Assembly (NCBI GenBank): GCA_964016885.1
Contig: OZ024740.1
Location: 133,920,001-133,984,000 of the forward strand
DNA from: Eledone cirrhosa
Lineage: Eukaryota
Reading direction: 5' to 3'
DNA: 64,000 bases
In this document: positions 51,241 to 64,000 of the stretch, piece after piece
How the letters are laid out: each line of letters starts with the position of its first letter
How positions within the stretch are numbered: the stretch's first letter is position 1
The notes under the pieces: model-generated
What the model was told of the DNA's origin: nothing
Database searches by the model: none
Seen by the model: only the letters and a program-made list of their open reading frames with translations
Program-made: the position numbers and the translations under genes

Positions 51241-51954
51241 CAAGTTAATATAAATTAATATATTTGATAAACACAAATACCAACATATCCGTGTTTGTAT
51301 TGTAAATGACTAAGTTAGCTAGATTGAAAAATACTAATTATAATAATACAGTTTGCCTATCTCGATTTAAAATAATAAATCAATAAAAACAAAGCATATT
51401 GGCAAATGGCCGTGGTGCTTGGACAAATTTAAATTTCAAAATCAAACCTGTTCCGTAGACAGGTTTAAACCTTAAAATCCAAATAAGTTTCGAAAAATGA
51501 AAAAGTGAAAATATACCGCATTTCTATATCCTCAGCAAGCACCAGAAAAATTGGTATGTTTCACTTCAAAATATTTAAAAAGACTGTTTAACGCACATGG
51601 TTTTTCACACATGGTTATCCAGTGTCTAGCTGCCGCATACTCGTGCTGGTAGAAATAACAGCCGTTTATATGGGGCTAAATTTAGCTCTACGTAAGGAGC
51701 AGTGATACTATTAATAATGAGTTAAAAACTCAGGCAGTCCTTTACAATGAAATAGCTCAAAGAAAGAAGTATTTCTGAGCCGTGTAATACAAGTTAATAT
51801 AAATTAATATATTTGATAAACACAAATACCAACATATCCGTGTTTGTATTGTAAATGACTAAGTTAGCTAGATTGAAAAATACTAATTATAATAATACGG
51901 TTTGCCTGTCTCGATTTAAAATAATAAATCAATAAAAACAAAGCATATTGGCAT
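51238..51954. repeat. ~175 bp near-identical direct repeat (51238-51413, 51786-51954), period ~548 bp, next to (TA)n
   Basis: AATACAAGTTAATATAAATTAAT...AAAGCATATTGGCA occurs twice with about 2 differences. Confidence 0.9.
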
Positions 51955-52517
51955 ATATATATACTCGTAATAAATTATCACAATGCTTCCTTTCTGTGTG
52001 TGTGTGCATTGTGATAATTTATTTTGAACAGAACAATAATGCATTTTATTCAAATTTTCTTTGTAAAGGACTTTTGTCATAGAAAACGTTTGAATAAACC
52101 AGGGCAGTTCGATTAAATTCTGTTCTTCACTTCAAACCTGTTCTCTTCAAAGACGTCTAGTCGCCGGCGGGCGTCTGGAATATGTAAATGTAACGGATAT
52201 AAAAATAAGTAACCGCCATGTTCACGGTTGGCCGCAAATGTAACGGCCGGAGAGACTAGCATATATTTCTACTGCATGGTGTGTCCCGCTTCATTTCTGT
52301 ATCTACTTCACTTCAGATTTCTTCTAAGAAACTCGTCATCTCTAATTTGGTTAAAAAAGAATTTCAAATACTAATGTATTCAAAGCTGTTTTAAGACAAA
52401 GGTCTCTTAAACCGAGAATTCGTATCTTTCATCATTGTCATTGTTGAGCTTTCAATTTTGTTCAAAATACATACATTTATCATTTAATAGTTTACACGCA
52501 CAAACACACACTCACGC

Positions 52518-52565
<48 letters not shown>

Positions 52566-53761
52566 ATATATATGTGTGTGTGTTTGTGTGTGTGGGGGTG
52601 TCACAACTGTCGTAACTAACAAAATATTTTATTTTTTTTATTAGACTAATAACTCTTACAATACTGTTTCTGATCTCGTTTCTAAGAATTCGCCTGAGAA
52701 TATTAGCTATTACTCTCAGGTGAATTTTTTAGAAGGAAACAACGATTTGTGTAGGAATCATTGATTTAATGAAAATAGACTCACACGATCTTTCCTTAAA
52801 TTTCGGTTTTCTCCAAATAAAAAAGAGCCTTAACTATATATATGTGTCTGTCGATGTGTTTGAGTGTCAGTCTGTGTGATTGTGTGTATGTGTATGTGTG
52901 TGTATGTGTGAGTGTGTATGTGTGTGTGGGGGGGGGTGTACATTATATATGTATAATCATAGAAAGAAAGATAGCTAGATAATCGAAGAGAAAAAAATAT
53001 AAATAAATTAACCTACTACCGGATGTTTTGGTCTTACAAATCTAAATGTTCATCAGCAAAGCTTAAATTGTTGGTTGTCAAGACAACAATTATGGCTTTT
53101 ATTTTTATTTTTAATTGTAGAAAAATATATCAAATTTCGATCAATAAAAGTTTGCCTAAATTAAATGAAATTCAATGAAATAAAATTAAAAAATATATAT
53201 TGATTCATGCGATTTTCATTTTTACTTAAACTAGAAAAAACACGATAAATATCCTCGTTTCCTTTTACGTTTTTTGTTTCGTTGTTTTTATTTTGTTTCG
53301 CTTTGTTATATCGTCCTTTAGAAGTAGATAAAACTTAAGCAGGAAAAGACTTATTTGACTTTACGTTTCGGTGAAAATTCTCGTAAAATAAATCAAGCTT
53401 GTTTAGTCAATTTATTGTGTAACTTCTATTTAATTATACTGAGTGTCTATCATATGAGTAAGACATTAAGAAACGAAAACTAAATTCTAACTTTGGCATC
53501 AGGCCACAAATTTTTTTTACTCGTTGTTAATTTTGTTGGTGATATTGTTTTCGTACTCGTAGTTATATTAGTCAATTCAACGATTTCTATTTCTAGTTAT
53601 TTATTTTCCACTAAATAAATAATAAGGTGACGAATTGGACAGTCATTAGGATGTTGAATAAAATGCTTTGCAGCATTTATTTCGGCTCTCTGTGCGCTGA
53701 TTGCAAATCCAACTTCCTTTCGGGGTTGATAAATAAACGACCATTCCATTACTGGGCTTGG

Positions 53762-53830
<69 letters not shown>
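53762..53830. repeat. (CT)n microsatellite
   Basis: Directly visible. Confidence 0.97.
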
Positions 53831-53837
<7 letters not shown>

Positions 53838-54559
53838 AAATAAATAAACTGCAGTCAAAGCTAGAATGAGATGGATGTTACCTGGTTTAAATTGCCGAAC
53901 TGACCCTGCGACTTTATTGGACGTTGAAGTATCAATTATCGGTGATCAGTGAACGAGATATGTTCAGTGTTTGATCTCTGTGAACAAGTATATCCATCAG
54001 TTGAGGATCGACATTATTGATTGGGAACGTTGCAGCAATCGATAATAGTGGTCTCATTAATTAACTGGTGCCTTTTTTTCGACCTCGAAAAACTGAAAAG
54101 TAAAGCTGGGATTTTAACGTACATTTTGTCTAACAATCTGAAAGTCCTACCAGTCCTCCGACTTGACCGCTTGCTTCAAATCTTTTTTAAACGCATTGTT
54201 CGCAATTTCGTCGCACTGCACAGTAAGAAATGACAGCCTGGGGTTGTCCAATAGTTTGTAAGTAAAATTTTTGGGGGTGTATGTCATATATAAATATATG
54301 TGCGTAGTCATTGTTTCCTAATAAAAATTTACCTGTGAGTTGCACAGAGAAACCTTGTCAGGATTGTTGTGAATCAGTAATTGGTCAACTGATAACATAT
54401 AACGAACAACACAATTTTTCAGCAAATGTAATATAGTATTAACATGAGTGGCAATTGATTTGTCACCTAACATAGCCATTGATGGGGCTTTTCTATGATC
54501 TTAGTGGAAAATGGAGGGTTTAACACTTTGAAATCAGCCTCTCATCAGAAATAATCGAT

Positions 54560-56830
54560 TGTCAAAATACAGGTGAAATACTGCTCACACTTGAAAAAGT
54601 TCCAGACTTCATTATGTAACAAATGTGGATCTAATACGACTTGTATTAGAGGATGTGGTGGCCAGGTACACAGCTGTAGCAGCCTCAAGCACCAGGTGGC
54701 TTTCTGCCCTTTAAACAAAAAGGGTGGAAATTACCTTGCTACCAGCACCACATATACCAGATTAACGGCAGCAGCAACAAGGAAACAGTAATCAATATCA
54801 CAGCAAAAAATTGAAAGAGTGCTTTCAGAATCTAAAATGTAAAACTCATAGAAGAGTCCTTCAATCCTAAGTAACAGCCCCCCTCCCCCACACACGCACG
54901 TGCACTCAAACACACACACACACACACACACACGCACTCACACACACATCATTAAACATCAACTGTCTTCCTCTTCCCATAATCTCCTCCACTGTTCGTT
55001 CCTCGTCAAATAACAAGAGTAGGGAAAACTGGCAGATTGATGCATGGCAAACCGCCGTAATAATGGGTAAGAGTGAGAAATAATTATCGCTTCGTCGCAA
55101 ATCCCCAAACCAAAATCAAGGACATCTCAAAAAAAAAAACACAACAAACCCAACCAGAATATAACACACAAAAAATGACAGAAATCTCAAGAAAATGCCT
55201 ACAAAGATCACGAGGGAAATGGTCAAAACTAATGGCGAGCCCGGCACACGAGATCATCAGAAAAGATCGATGAAGATAAGACAAATAATTAGCAATAGAA
55301 AACAATAGATTAGAGGAATGAAGTAGTCAGCTGTTAATAAGAGGTAATTAGAAAAAACATCAGTACTAAAATACTTGCAGTGCAAATGGCGTTCGACCAT
55401 TTTCTCGAAGCAATGTTGCTGTGTTAGAGCTATGCCATGTGGCTCTTGAACATGTGAATGTGAAAGCTGCCCAAAGATCCGGGGTGGAAGGGTTGTAATA
55501 TCGACGTAAAACACATTGAAAGCTTCGATGTACCATGATAGGCGTAAGCTTTTTAAATACAAGCAGATTTTCTTCTGTAAGATACTTAACTACCCGCGAG
55601 ACTGTGAACTTTAATTCCTACCTTAACAGACTAACATGAATTCCGGTCGAGGCGTTATGTCGTTGAAACTGAAATATGGTTGGCAGTGAAAGAAGCAGAT
55701 CAAGTGCTTTGGATGGTCTGGCCTACGAGATTTACAGATACATACCAGAGTTGTTCAGCGCTATAATATCGAACATCATTAAAAGAGATAGTATCCGCAC
55801 CAAGAAAGAATACGACATTGTAATAGAAGCAAGAAGCATTAACTCGAACAATTCAGTAGACTTGTAACTCTTTACTTTAGGCAACGTCACCTTGTATAAT
55901 GAGTAGTGGACGGAATGTGATAGGGGTCTAGTTTGGGTCAGACCGACTGGTAAATAAAAGTTGGTGTGTCTAATGAATAGGATGGTGTGACCATCTTGCT
56001 GTGCCTAGTTTTCTTCTAACAAGATTGGAGTCAATGCTCTTTCGCTTTCTGTCGAAGAGAAAAATTCAATAATATGATGTTCTATCTGCAAGTAGGTCTC
56101 GGTAAGTTGTAGATCATGATGCACATGGATGCGCAGATACTGCGGCGTCTTCAGTGATTCCTGGGCGGTGAGTAACTATTACCACCGTATTTCAGGTATG
56201 TTTTCCCCCAGTCTTGGGTCTGCGATTCACCAAGGTTTTTTCAGGCGCAAATTCTTTTCATGCGCTCATAGATCTCTATTATTCAAGTATTTCGGTTGGT
56301 ACTGGTGCAACATTTGCATGGTACATAAGAGTTGCGGCGTTTAGAGGAAATTTTGTGTGATTGTGAAGCTTCAAGGTCAATTTTTAGACAACTGTAGATA
56401 GCTTTTAGAAATCTATGACCTGGCAGTGCTATGTGTTCAGGCATTGTCGATTTACAGCCATAGAATTACCGCCTGTCAGACCTTTCCATGACGCGTGAAG
56501 ACCAACAAAAACGTTAAGCATATGAGCATCGATAATTTCTGTTGTTATAGCGAACAATTGCCCCGTGTAGAACGGACCGGCGATTAACCGAGTCCATAAT
56601 GAAGTTAGCGCTCCCACCCTACCTTTATTTGATCCGGAAGAGTAGGCAGTTTTCCACAGTCTGTTCTTTATATCGAAAACGTATGTGTTTGACGAGATTC
56701 GTATTATTACTGTCCACAGTGCCTCAGCAAATCTTCAACTTCCACTAGGAAAGAAAAGGTTAGTGTGGCGAATGAGGTGCTTCCTTCCTGTCAATTTTCT
56801 GAAAAGTGGTTATACAGTATATTCGGGTAG
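54560..56830 (+). mobile_element. Heavily decayed Tx1-like LINE
   Basis: SCSSLKHQVAFCP (knuckle remnant, ~54670), SALDGLAYEIYRYIPELF (matches SPGLDGLPYELY..MPDLF, ~55700), and AGGCAGTTTT...TTTCTGAAAAGTGG matching the ORF2 C-terminus. Confidence 0.55.
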
Positions 56831-57264
56831 GCAATAGTAGACTGCTTGGAAGGAGTTCCTGTTTTTAGCAGTACGGTTTACATAAGATATGTGGAATCCC
56901 TAAATTTGTTCCCATCTAACCATCAACCCATTAAAGCGTTTCATTTCAATTCCTTTTCTCCTAATGTTTACGCCCATATTTTCTGAAGATTCATTTTATA
57001 AAATACTCCATAGTAGTAGTAGTAGTGGAGGTGGTGATGAGGGTGGTGTTGATGGTAGTAGTAGTTATATGTGGAGAAGAATACCAACATTGTTTAGTTG
57101 TTAACATGTGAAAATAAATGCGTTGCCCAGGAAACGTGCCAAGAATTCAGCGTAACACCTGCATTGTATATGAACTTACTAACTTACAGCTACATATCTG
57201 ATCATTTATTCATACAACTCTAGTGTTCATAAATGTGAGTAATAGTAGCAGAAATATTTGTAAT

Positions 57265-57685
57265 AATGTTTCTACTTTTGGCACAAGGCCAGCAATTACC
57301 GCCAGTGTATTTCTAGTGCTTTATTTTACCGACCCCGAGAGGATGTAAGTCAAAGTTAACGTGGCGGGATTTGAAATCAGAACGTAAAAGGCCATAACTC
57401 TATGCTGCAAAGTATGGTGTCTGACGCTCTACCACTACTGCCCAATAACAACAACAGTAGTAGCAGTAACAACAATAATAATAATAATAATAACAATAAT
57501 AATGATAATTGTTTCTACTTTAGGCACAAGGCCAGCAATTACCCAGTGCATTACTGATACTTTATTTTATCGACCCCGTAAGGATGAAAGGCAAAGTCAA
57601 CTTCGGCGGGATTTGAACTCAGATCGTAAAGGGACGTAACTATGCTGGAAAGCATGGCGTCCGACCCTCTACCGATACTGCCAAT
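57265..57685 (-). mobile_element. Two tandem tRNA-derived SINEs (57265-57445, 57505-57685) separated by (AAT/AAC)n
   Basis: A-box TGGCAGTATCGG and B-box GAGTTCAAATCC on minus; same family as 4543. Confidence 0.88.
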
Positions 57686-57725
57686 GCACCGCTCTAACAA
57701 TAATAATGATAATGATAATAATAAT

Positions 57726-60700
57726 GCTTTCTTTATTAACCACAAGGGTTTACATAAAGTAGACATTAAGCACAGTACAGGACAATACAGGATGGTACAA
57801 ATGGGCACCTCTGCGTGTAAAAAAAAACAAGAACAGGATGTAAGAAAAAATAACGATGAAAAATTCCCCAATAGGGGGGAGACTTCCGAGGGACATTTGT
57901 GGAGAAAGCCCATTAAAAGGCCACAGTGACCCTGACCACCAGGGCAAGTGCCCTCTCCCAGTTTCCACCTTTAATTTACAGACACATACTCAGAGTAGGC
58001 GCATTCACTCGGGCCATACTTGCTTCTCTCATCCATCTTTCAACAAAATGCTGGGAAAAGGGCACTTCCCTCTCTACCCTGATTTTCCTTTTCAAATGAA
58101 ATTTGAAAAAGTTAATCGGGGCATCACCGAAGAGGTAAGTGCTCGTCTTCAGCCCTTTCAAACGTGTCCACCAAACTATCTCTTTCGCCATGGCCACCAG
58201 ACAGATAAAAACTGCCTGCCCGGCAGAAAGAGGGTGGGGCAATCCTCACGATGGACTCAGCTGATAGCCGGATCCGTCCTACACGTGACAGCAGGTGTTC
58301 GACATAAACCCACAAGTCAGCAATGCTCGGACACTGGACGAGTGCGTGCAGGACGGTTTCGTCTCACTGCGCGCATCTCGCACATTCCAGGCTGACGGCA
58401 CCTCCATGCCTGTAGAGTTTATCCCGAACTGGCAATGCTCCTCGATAGCACTGCCAGGCCAGGGATTTCTGGAAGTTGTCCATAAGCCCTGGCCCGAAGG
58501 TCCTTCCGAAGAGATTGGCTAGTTGATTTTCGTCGACGCCTAGAGTTTTTCCAAGTACGTCGTCGCTCTTCCCCTCCACTAATCCTCTATAGAACGCCAA
58601 GGTGGAGTTTCCACCGATCACATTGAACGATTGGTCGAGGGCTGTGAGCGCCTGAAGAAATTCCAGTCTCCAAGCGCTCCCTCTCGGTCTTCGCTTGACC
58701 CAGGACTGCAGCTCCGTCAAGGAGACGAGCTGGGGAAAGACGAGTCTTGCAAACGGCGACCACACCTGATCACCGTCGAGGAAGAGGTGGAGATGTCGTA
58801 GCCTGAGCGCGTGTCTGCGCATCATCAGCCACGGCATGCCCAGCCCTCCACGTAGCGGGTGTTGACAGCAGTTGGACCGCCTGACCATCGGAGTGCGTCC
58901 CTTCCACAAAAAGCGAAAGAGCAAACGCTCCAGCGCATTCAGGCGGGGCTTAGGACAAGGTACGACGCTCAGTCGGTAGTAGATGACGGACGCGTTAGCC
59001 ACCTCCGCTCGACCATTCAGGGATATCTTCCTCTCCGCCCATTTCTGGGTGAGAGAAGCCACCCTGCTCGTCACCTCGTCCCAGTTTTTTTCCGTCTGGA
59101 GGTCCGGACCGAACCAGACCCCTAGCAATTTAACCGGTCCATGCCGTCCAGCGCTCGACGACGCTGTTGGACGGCATGGACCTGCCTCACCAGGTGCCGA
59201 GCTGTAGGCCTACTGACTTTTCCTGGTTGATCATTGCTCCTGTCACCGCTCCGTATTCTCTTAGTGTAGTGCCGATCGCCTCGATGTGTTTGGCGTTCGA
59301 CACCACTACGGTGACATTGTCCGCATATGCTGACACGGATCTTCCGCATCCTAGTTCGCGCGGGACCCCCCTCAACGTCTCCAGTTTGTGCAGTAATGGC
59401 TTGAACGGTTCCGAAAGGTGACCGTTCACTCTCACCACAGAGCAGATGTCGCTGTGCATGGCAGCGATCCAGCCTCTGAAAACGGGCCCAAAGCCAGCCG
59501 CCCTCAGGACTGCCGCTAGGTAACGATGGTCGACCCTATCGAAAGCTTTCGACTGATCTAAATTGATCAAGGACCCACCCGTGCCAGGTTCCCTAGCTAC
59601 CCTCTCTACGATGTATCGCATGAGGTGGAGGTTGTCGTGGATGGATCTGTCGGGAATGGCGCATATCTGTGCCTCTCCCACCAGACCACCAACGACAAGC
59701 GCCAACCTCTTTGCTAGCACCTTGGCCAAAATCTTGAACACTGTGTTTAGCAGAGTTATGGGCCTAAAATTATCTATGTTATCCCCCTTGTTCGGATCCT
59801 TTCTCAGCAGCGCCACCGCTCCTCGGCTCACAGAGCTGGGAATTCTCCCGTTCTGTTGCCAGTTGCAGTAGACGTCGCCAAGAGGCCTCCGAACAAGTCT
59901 CGCATTTGTACGTAAAGTTCATAGGGCAGACCATCTAAACCAGGCGATTTACCCCTTGTGCAGCCAGTCATTGCCTCCCGTACTTCAGCGGCTGTTATCG
60001 GCTTTTCGCAACACTCCGCCTCAGTGGCCGAGAGCTGCGGCTGTCCGTCGAGGTAGACACTAAGGTCCATCCCTCGATAAGGCCCGCCGCTGCCCCCGAA
60101 CAGCTGTGCGTAGTGTCGCTGAAAAGCTTCACACATTTGCCCGGGATCGAGTAGCATGCGCCCGTCGTGGTCCATCAAAGAAAAGGATCGTCGCTTTGTT
60201 GCCACGACGCGTCTCCATCACTCGGGCCGATTGAACGGCTTTCGTCCCCTCGTGTCTGTGAGCACGCATCCTAGCTCTGACAACGCAGCCTTCGTGCTTT
60301 GCATTGAAGAATTGGTCAAGGGCCAAATTCGCCGCAAGTACGTCGGTCGCGATGCCTTTGCTAAGCGCCTCGTCTAATTTTCTAACTAGTTATCCCTCTG
60401 CTCTATTTTTCTCTATTGCTAAAGCCTTACTAAACCTAATGGACTCTATTCTAATCGCTCTTTCAGAGCAAACCACCACTTGTTGTTAACGATGGCCCCC
60501 GCCAACGCCTGCTTAACTAGTTCGCTAATCTGGTCACTGTAGGCCTTGCGCGCTGGTAAGGACGCGTTTAGCTTCCAGTAGTCGGATCCTCGTCTATGAA
60601 GCCTATCTAAGTCAAGCACACAGATCACGAATTTGTGGTCCGTGTAGCTGACTATCTTGAATTGTGGACAGCCTATGCTAGACCTATCTAATTCCCTACA

Positions 60701-63554
60701 AAATACTCTATCTAGATATGATCTGGATGACCCTATGCGATTTGTCCAAGTCCACATTGGCACATTCGGGAAATCCAATCGGTACCTGTCAGACAGTTAA
60801 AAACGCCTGAGCAGGTTGGTGAGGCTCTTGCACCCTCCTCCCCTATCCGCTATTCCCACACAGTCCCAGCGTGCATCTAAGATCCCGTTCCAGTCGCCCA
60901 CTAACACTAAAGAGCGGGACGTTCCAAGAAAGGTCTCCAGACGCCGGAAGAAATCAGGCCGCCCTGCTCCAGTCGGGGCATAGACGGCCACTAACCTGAA
61001 AGCTTGCCCGTCTCCGCTGGTCACGTCCAGCACCACCAACTTACCTTCTTTGTCCAGGAAGATGGCCCGTATGGCAAGATCCAAACCTCTCCGAAAAAGC
61101 ACAGCAACTCCTCCCCCGATCCCGGACGGCTGGGAGATGCGTACACATCGTAGCCGCCGAAGATCGGTGCGAAAGCCTGTGCTTCGGAGATTCTGGTCTC
61201 GCTGATGGCCACTACATCTATGTTTAGTGACCTGAGGTCGTTGAGCAGGTGGCCCTGCTTCCATGACGACCCCAAGCCACGCGCATTTATGCTGCCTATT
61301 CTGAGTGACGTCATGTTGAAAAGGAGTGGAAAAGATGGGAAAGACCACTTACCTTACTTCTCGTAGAGGAAGGATGGTTACTCCATCCTTCTCACTGCTT
61401 GTGGCCTCCTCCAGAAGGATGTCCTTATAAATCCTCCTGGAGAGTGCTTGTCGGAAGTCTCCGATGGCCCTAGGGAATTTTTGTTTTAGTGTCGTGTACG
61501 TTTTCTATGTGATGCGAGTGATTTGTATGTGTGGAGGTGGTGTGAATTTTTGGGATGTTGTGTAGTCGTTTTCTGTGATACTGGTGTTGTGTTGGATGTA
61601 GTGTAATAATTGGTTGTTGTTCAAATGTAATGCTGTGTAGTGTGTATCGTTTTGGTTGTTTTGTTTTGTTTGCGTTTGTTGTGGGTTGTTTCTGTTTCGC
61701 TTTTTGGTGTCTTTTGTGGTGTTGGGGTTAATGATGGTGATGGTGTTGGTGTTTGTGGTGATGGGGTTGGTGATGCTGGTGTGGATGGTGGCATATCTGT
61801 CCTAACTTTTTTGTTTGTTAGTTTAGTTGTTTTCCCCTGTATTTTGTTTTTGGAGGGGGAAGGATGGGGATATTTTTCTTTTTTAGGTTCTTTTTCTTTT
61901 ATTCTTTTTTCCTGATACAGTTTCTCATGCCTCGTCGTCACAATCTGTCTCCAGCTGCGATAGGCCGGGGAGTGGAAAATCGTCCACAGGCGTTGGTTTT
62001 GGTTGTGGCGTGGTGGATCGTGGGGCGCTGGTGCTAGTTCTGGCGTTGGGTGGTGGTGGTGGTGTTGGTTTTGCTACTGTTGCTGGGGTTGTTGCTGCTA
62101 CAGTTGCTTCTGTTGTTGCTGCTACAGTTGTTGCTGCCATTTCTGCTGCTGGTGGTGTTGATGGTTGAGTTACTGGGGTGGGTAAGAGAGGTGGCCTCAA
62201 CTTTTTAGCCTGAGGGCAGAAAGCCTTTAGGTAGGTTCCTTCACCACAAACGACACACCTAGGCCTTCTACCCTCAACGATTACGGTGAGGTGGCTGGCG
62301 TCAGTGAGGTCTATCACCTCTGCAATTTCCTCAATACTTCTTTGGTCCGCTTGGATCAGGAGCTCCATCCCAGATCCGGACCACTTCTCCTGCTTTTCTT
62401 TTGTTATTTCAATTATTTTCGTGTTGGCCTCGCAGCAGGCGAGGACGCCAGCCATTAGCCAGTGAATTTCGATGGCCGGTGGAACGTGGGTCACCCTGAT
62501 TTTCACGAGTCTCTGACCACAATAGCTTGGGACGAGTGTGAAGTCGTCGCTTCTTAATGGAGCCATGGAGTGCTCCCTGGCTTCCTGTGGTGTTCCAAAG
62601 AACACGTCCACGGTTCCATATTTCTGCCCACGTCTGGTGTGGGTTTTTTTTCGCCCACACATGTCCCAAAGCTTTTTGTATTAGGGACTCGGATGCCCGT
62701 TCCACTCGGCGTGATTTTATGTTTATTCTCCGATAAGACACGGTGCATAGGCGTCGATGCTACATTTTATTAGGTGTGGAGGTGAGGCTGACCCTGTACT
62801 CTTCTTTTTTTACCATTCTCTTGGCTTTATTTAATTCATCCTGGCTTACCTCGATTGTTTCGCTTTTCTTGGCTGCATTGGTAAACGACACATTTTGTTT
62901 CGCGGTGGTGTTGATGTTGTTATTCTCATTGTTGTTGTTGTTGCTGTTGTTGTTATTGTTATTTTTAGTTTCAGTTGTGGTGGAGGTGGTGTCGGCGTAG
63001 AAGAGTCGATTCTGGGTGAATCCATTTTGATGTCACGAGATACAAATTTATTTTTTGGGGGTTTCTGTTGTCGCTGTGGTGGTGGTGTTGGTGGTGTTGG
63101 TATCAGTGGTGTTCGTTGTTCTTTAGGACATTGTGGTGGTGGGGGTGGCGGCTATAACACCTGCAGTTATTGGTAATGGCGGGAAATCCAAGTCTTTATG
63201 CGGCAATTCTAAATAATTCAGACTGCTATTAATTATATTTTCAGTGTTGGGAACCGTAGCAAGGCTTACAATTATGTTGGTGTTAGTGGAGGTGGGAAAG
63301 GGGGTGGTGGTCTGTTAAAAACAGTAAATTTGTCGTCCATGTTTTTTTTTCAAGGAAATATTTTGTTTGATAAATAAAAAGTTTACGTTTTGGGGTCAAG
63401 GCCCCAATATATTTTGTGTCCTTTTCAGAAAGCAATATATGTGAACTTATAAACACTTAACAACAAAAATTTTCCATAACTGGCAATTTGAAACAACTGA
63501 AAACAACAAACCTTTGCGGAGCTCTCGATAATACGATTTCCTATGTAGGTCGCC
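57726..63554 (-). mobile_element. Tx1-like LINE, family C, near full length, flanked by (ATT)n at both ends
   Basis: 5' UTR from 63554; ORF1 ~63340-61350 (CVVCGEGTYLKAFC); ORF2 61314-57976 (APE, RT with a small deletion of QGCPLS and YADN in place of YADD, C-terminal zinc finger); 3' UTR matches 29342-29584. Confidence 0.94.
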
Positions 63555-63581
63555 AATAATAATAATAATAATAATAATAAT

Positions 63582-63684
63582 AATTGTTTCTATTTTAGGC
63601 ACAAGGCCAGCAATTACCCAGAGTGCATTACTGGTACTTTTATTGACCCCGTAAGGATGAAAGGCAAAGTCAACCTCAGCGGGA
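63582..63684 (-). mobile_element. tRNA-derived SINE 3' half whose (ATT)n tail abuts the Tx1 5' end
   Basis: Same family body; tail at 63555-63583. Confidence 0.85.
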
Positions 63685-63685
63685 A

Positions 63686-64000
63686 TAATGAGATCAAGAG
63701 AGGTATCTTCCAAGGAGATAATTTGTCCCCTCTGCTGTTTGTCCTTGTCCTTATACCCATGACCGATATATTGCGAAAAGTAAGAGCAGGATACAAGTTG
63801 GGAAAAGGAGAGCTTACCATCAACCACCTCCTCATCATGGACGATCTTAAACTCTTTGTCAAGAGTGAGAAGGAGTTGGATGTACTTGTTGATACTGTCC
63901 GTATTTTCAGCAATGATATAAGTATGGAATTTGTATTAATATGTGTGGAGTCCTAGTGATGAAGACGGGTAAATCCAGGTACCAACAGATGGGATGATAA
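63686..64000 (+). mobile_element. R4/Dong-like RT fragment (same family as 18504-22085)
   Basis: [69 protein letters not shown] is nearly identical to the segment at 20165-19920. Confidence 0.92.

Noticed and set aside
53010-53062. Minus-strand CTGATGA...AAAACATCCGGTA
   Set aside because: GAAA is mutated and stem I is not complementary; at most a very old remnant.

Overview
This is AT-rich eukaryotic genomic DNA with no confidently callable host gene. The tRNA-derived SINE family and the dense (TA)n/(CA)n/(AG)n/(ATT)n tracts suggest a cephalopod (Octopus-like); that is pattern recognition, not a database result. Most ORFs in the supplied track are microsatellite translations or antisense shadows of retroelements. 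The window is largely made of non-LTR retroelements: (i) Tx1/L1-clade LINEs (near full-length copy 57726-63554 on minus, stacked and chimeric copies 23275-33952 on plus, older fragments); (ii) R4/Dong-like RLE LINEs (18504-22085 and 33953-37340 on minus, fragment at 63686); (iii) Penelope-like elements (RT plus GIY-YIG at 44067-45982, fragments at 1140-1485 and 11010-11215); (iv) RTE, CRE and possibly Hero fragments; (v) many SINEs. The main signal not visible in the ORF track is about a dozen type I hammerhead ribozyme motifs from several unrelated repeat families, mostly next to (TA)n or (AG)n tracts and often with a palindromic stem III. The best case is a non-coding tandem array of ~480-495 bp units (41415-43466) with one minimal hammerhead per direct unit, a candidate retrozyme-like or Penelope pLTR-derived circular-RNA system. 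Two further signals: a conserved AG|GTAAGT splice donor at the ORF1 end of three divergent Tx1 families, with a candidate acceptor in the 3' UTR; and orientation-specific insertion of Tx1 into (ATT)n tracts, including a SINE tail. All folds and alignments were done by eye, so element boundaries are approximate.
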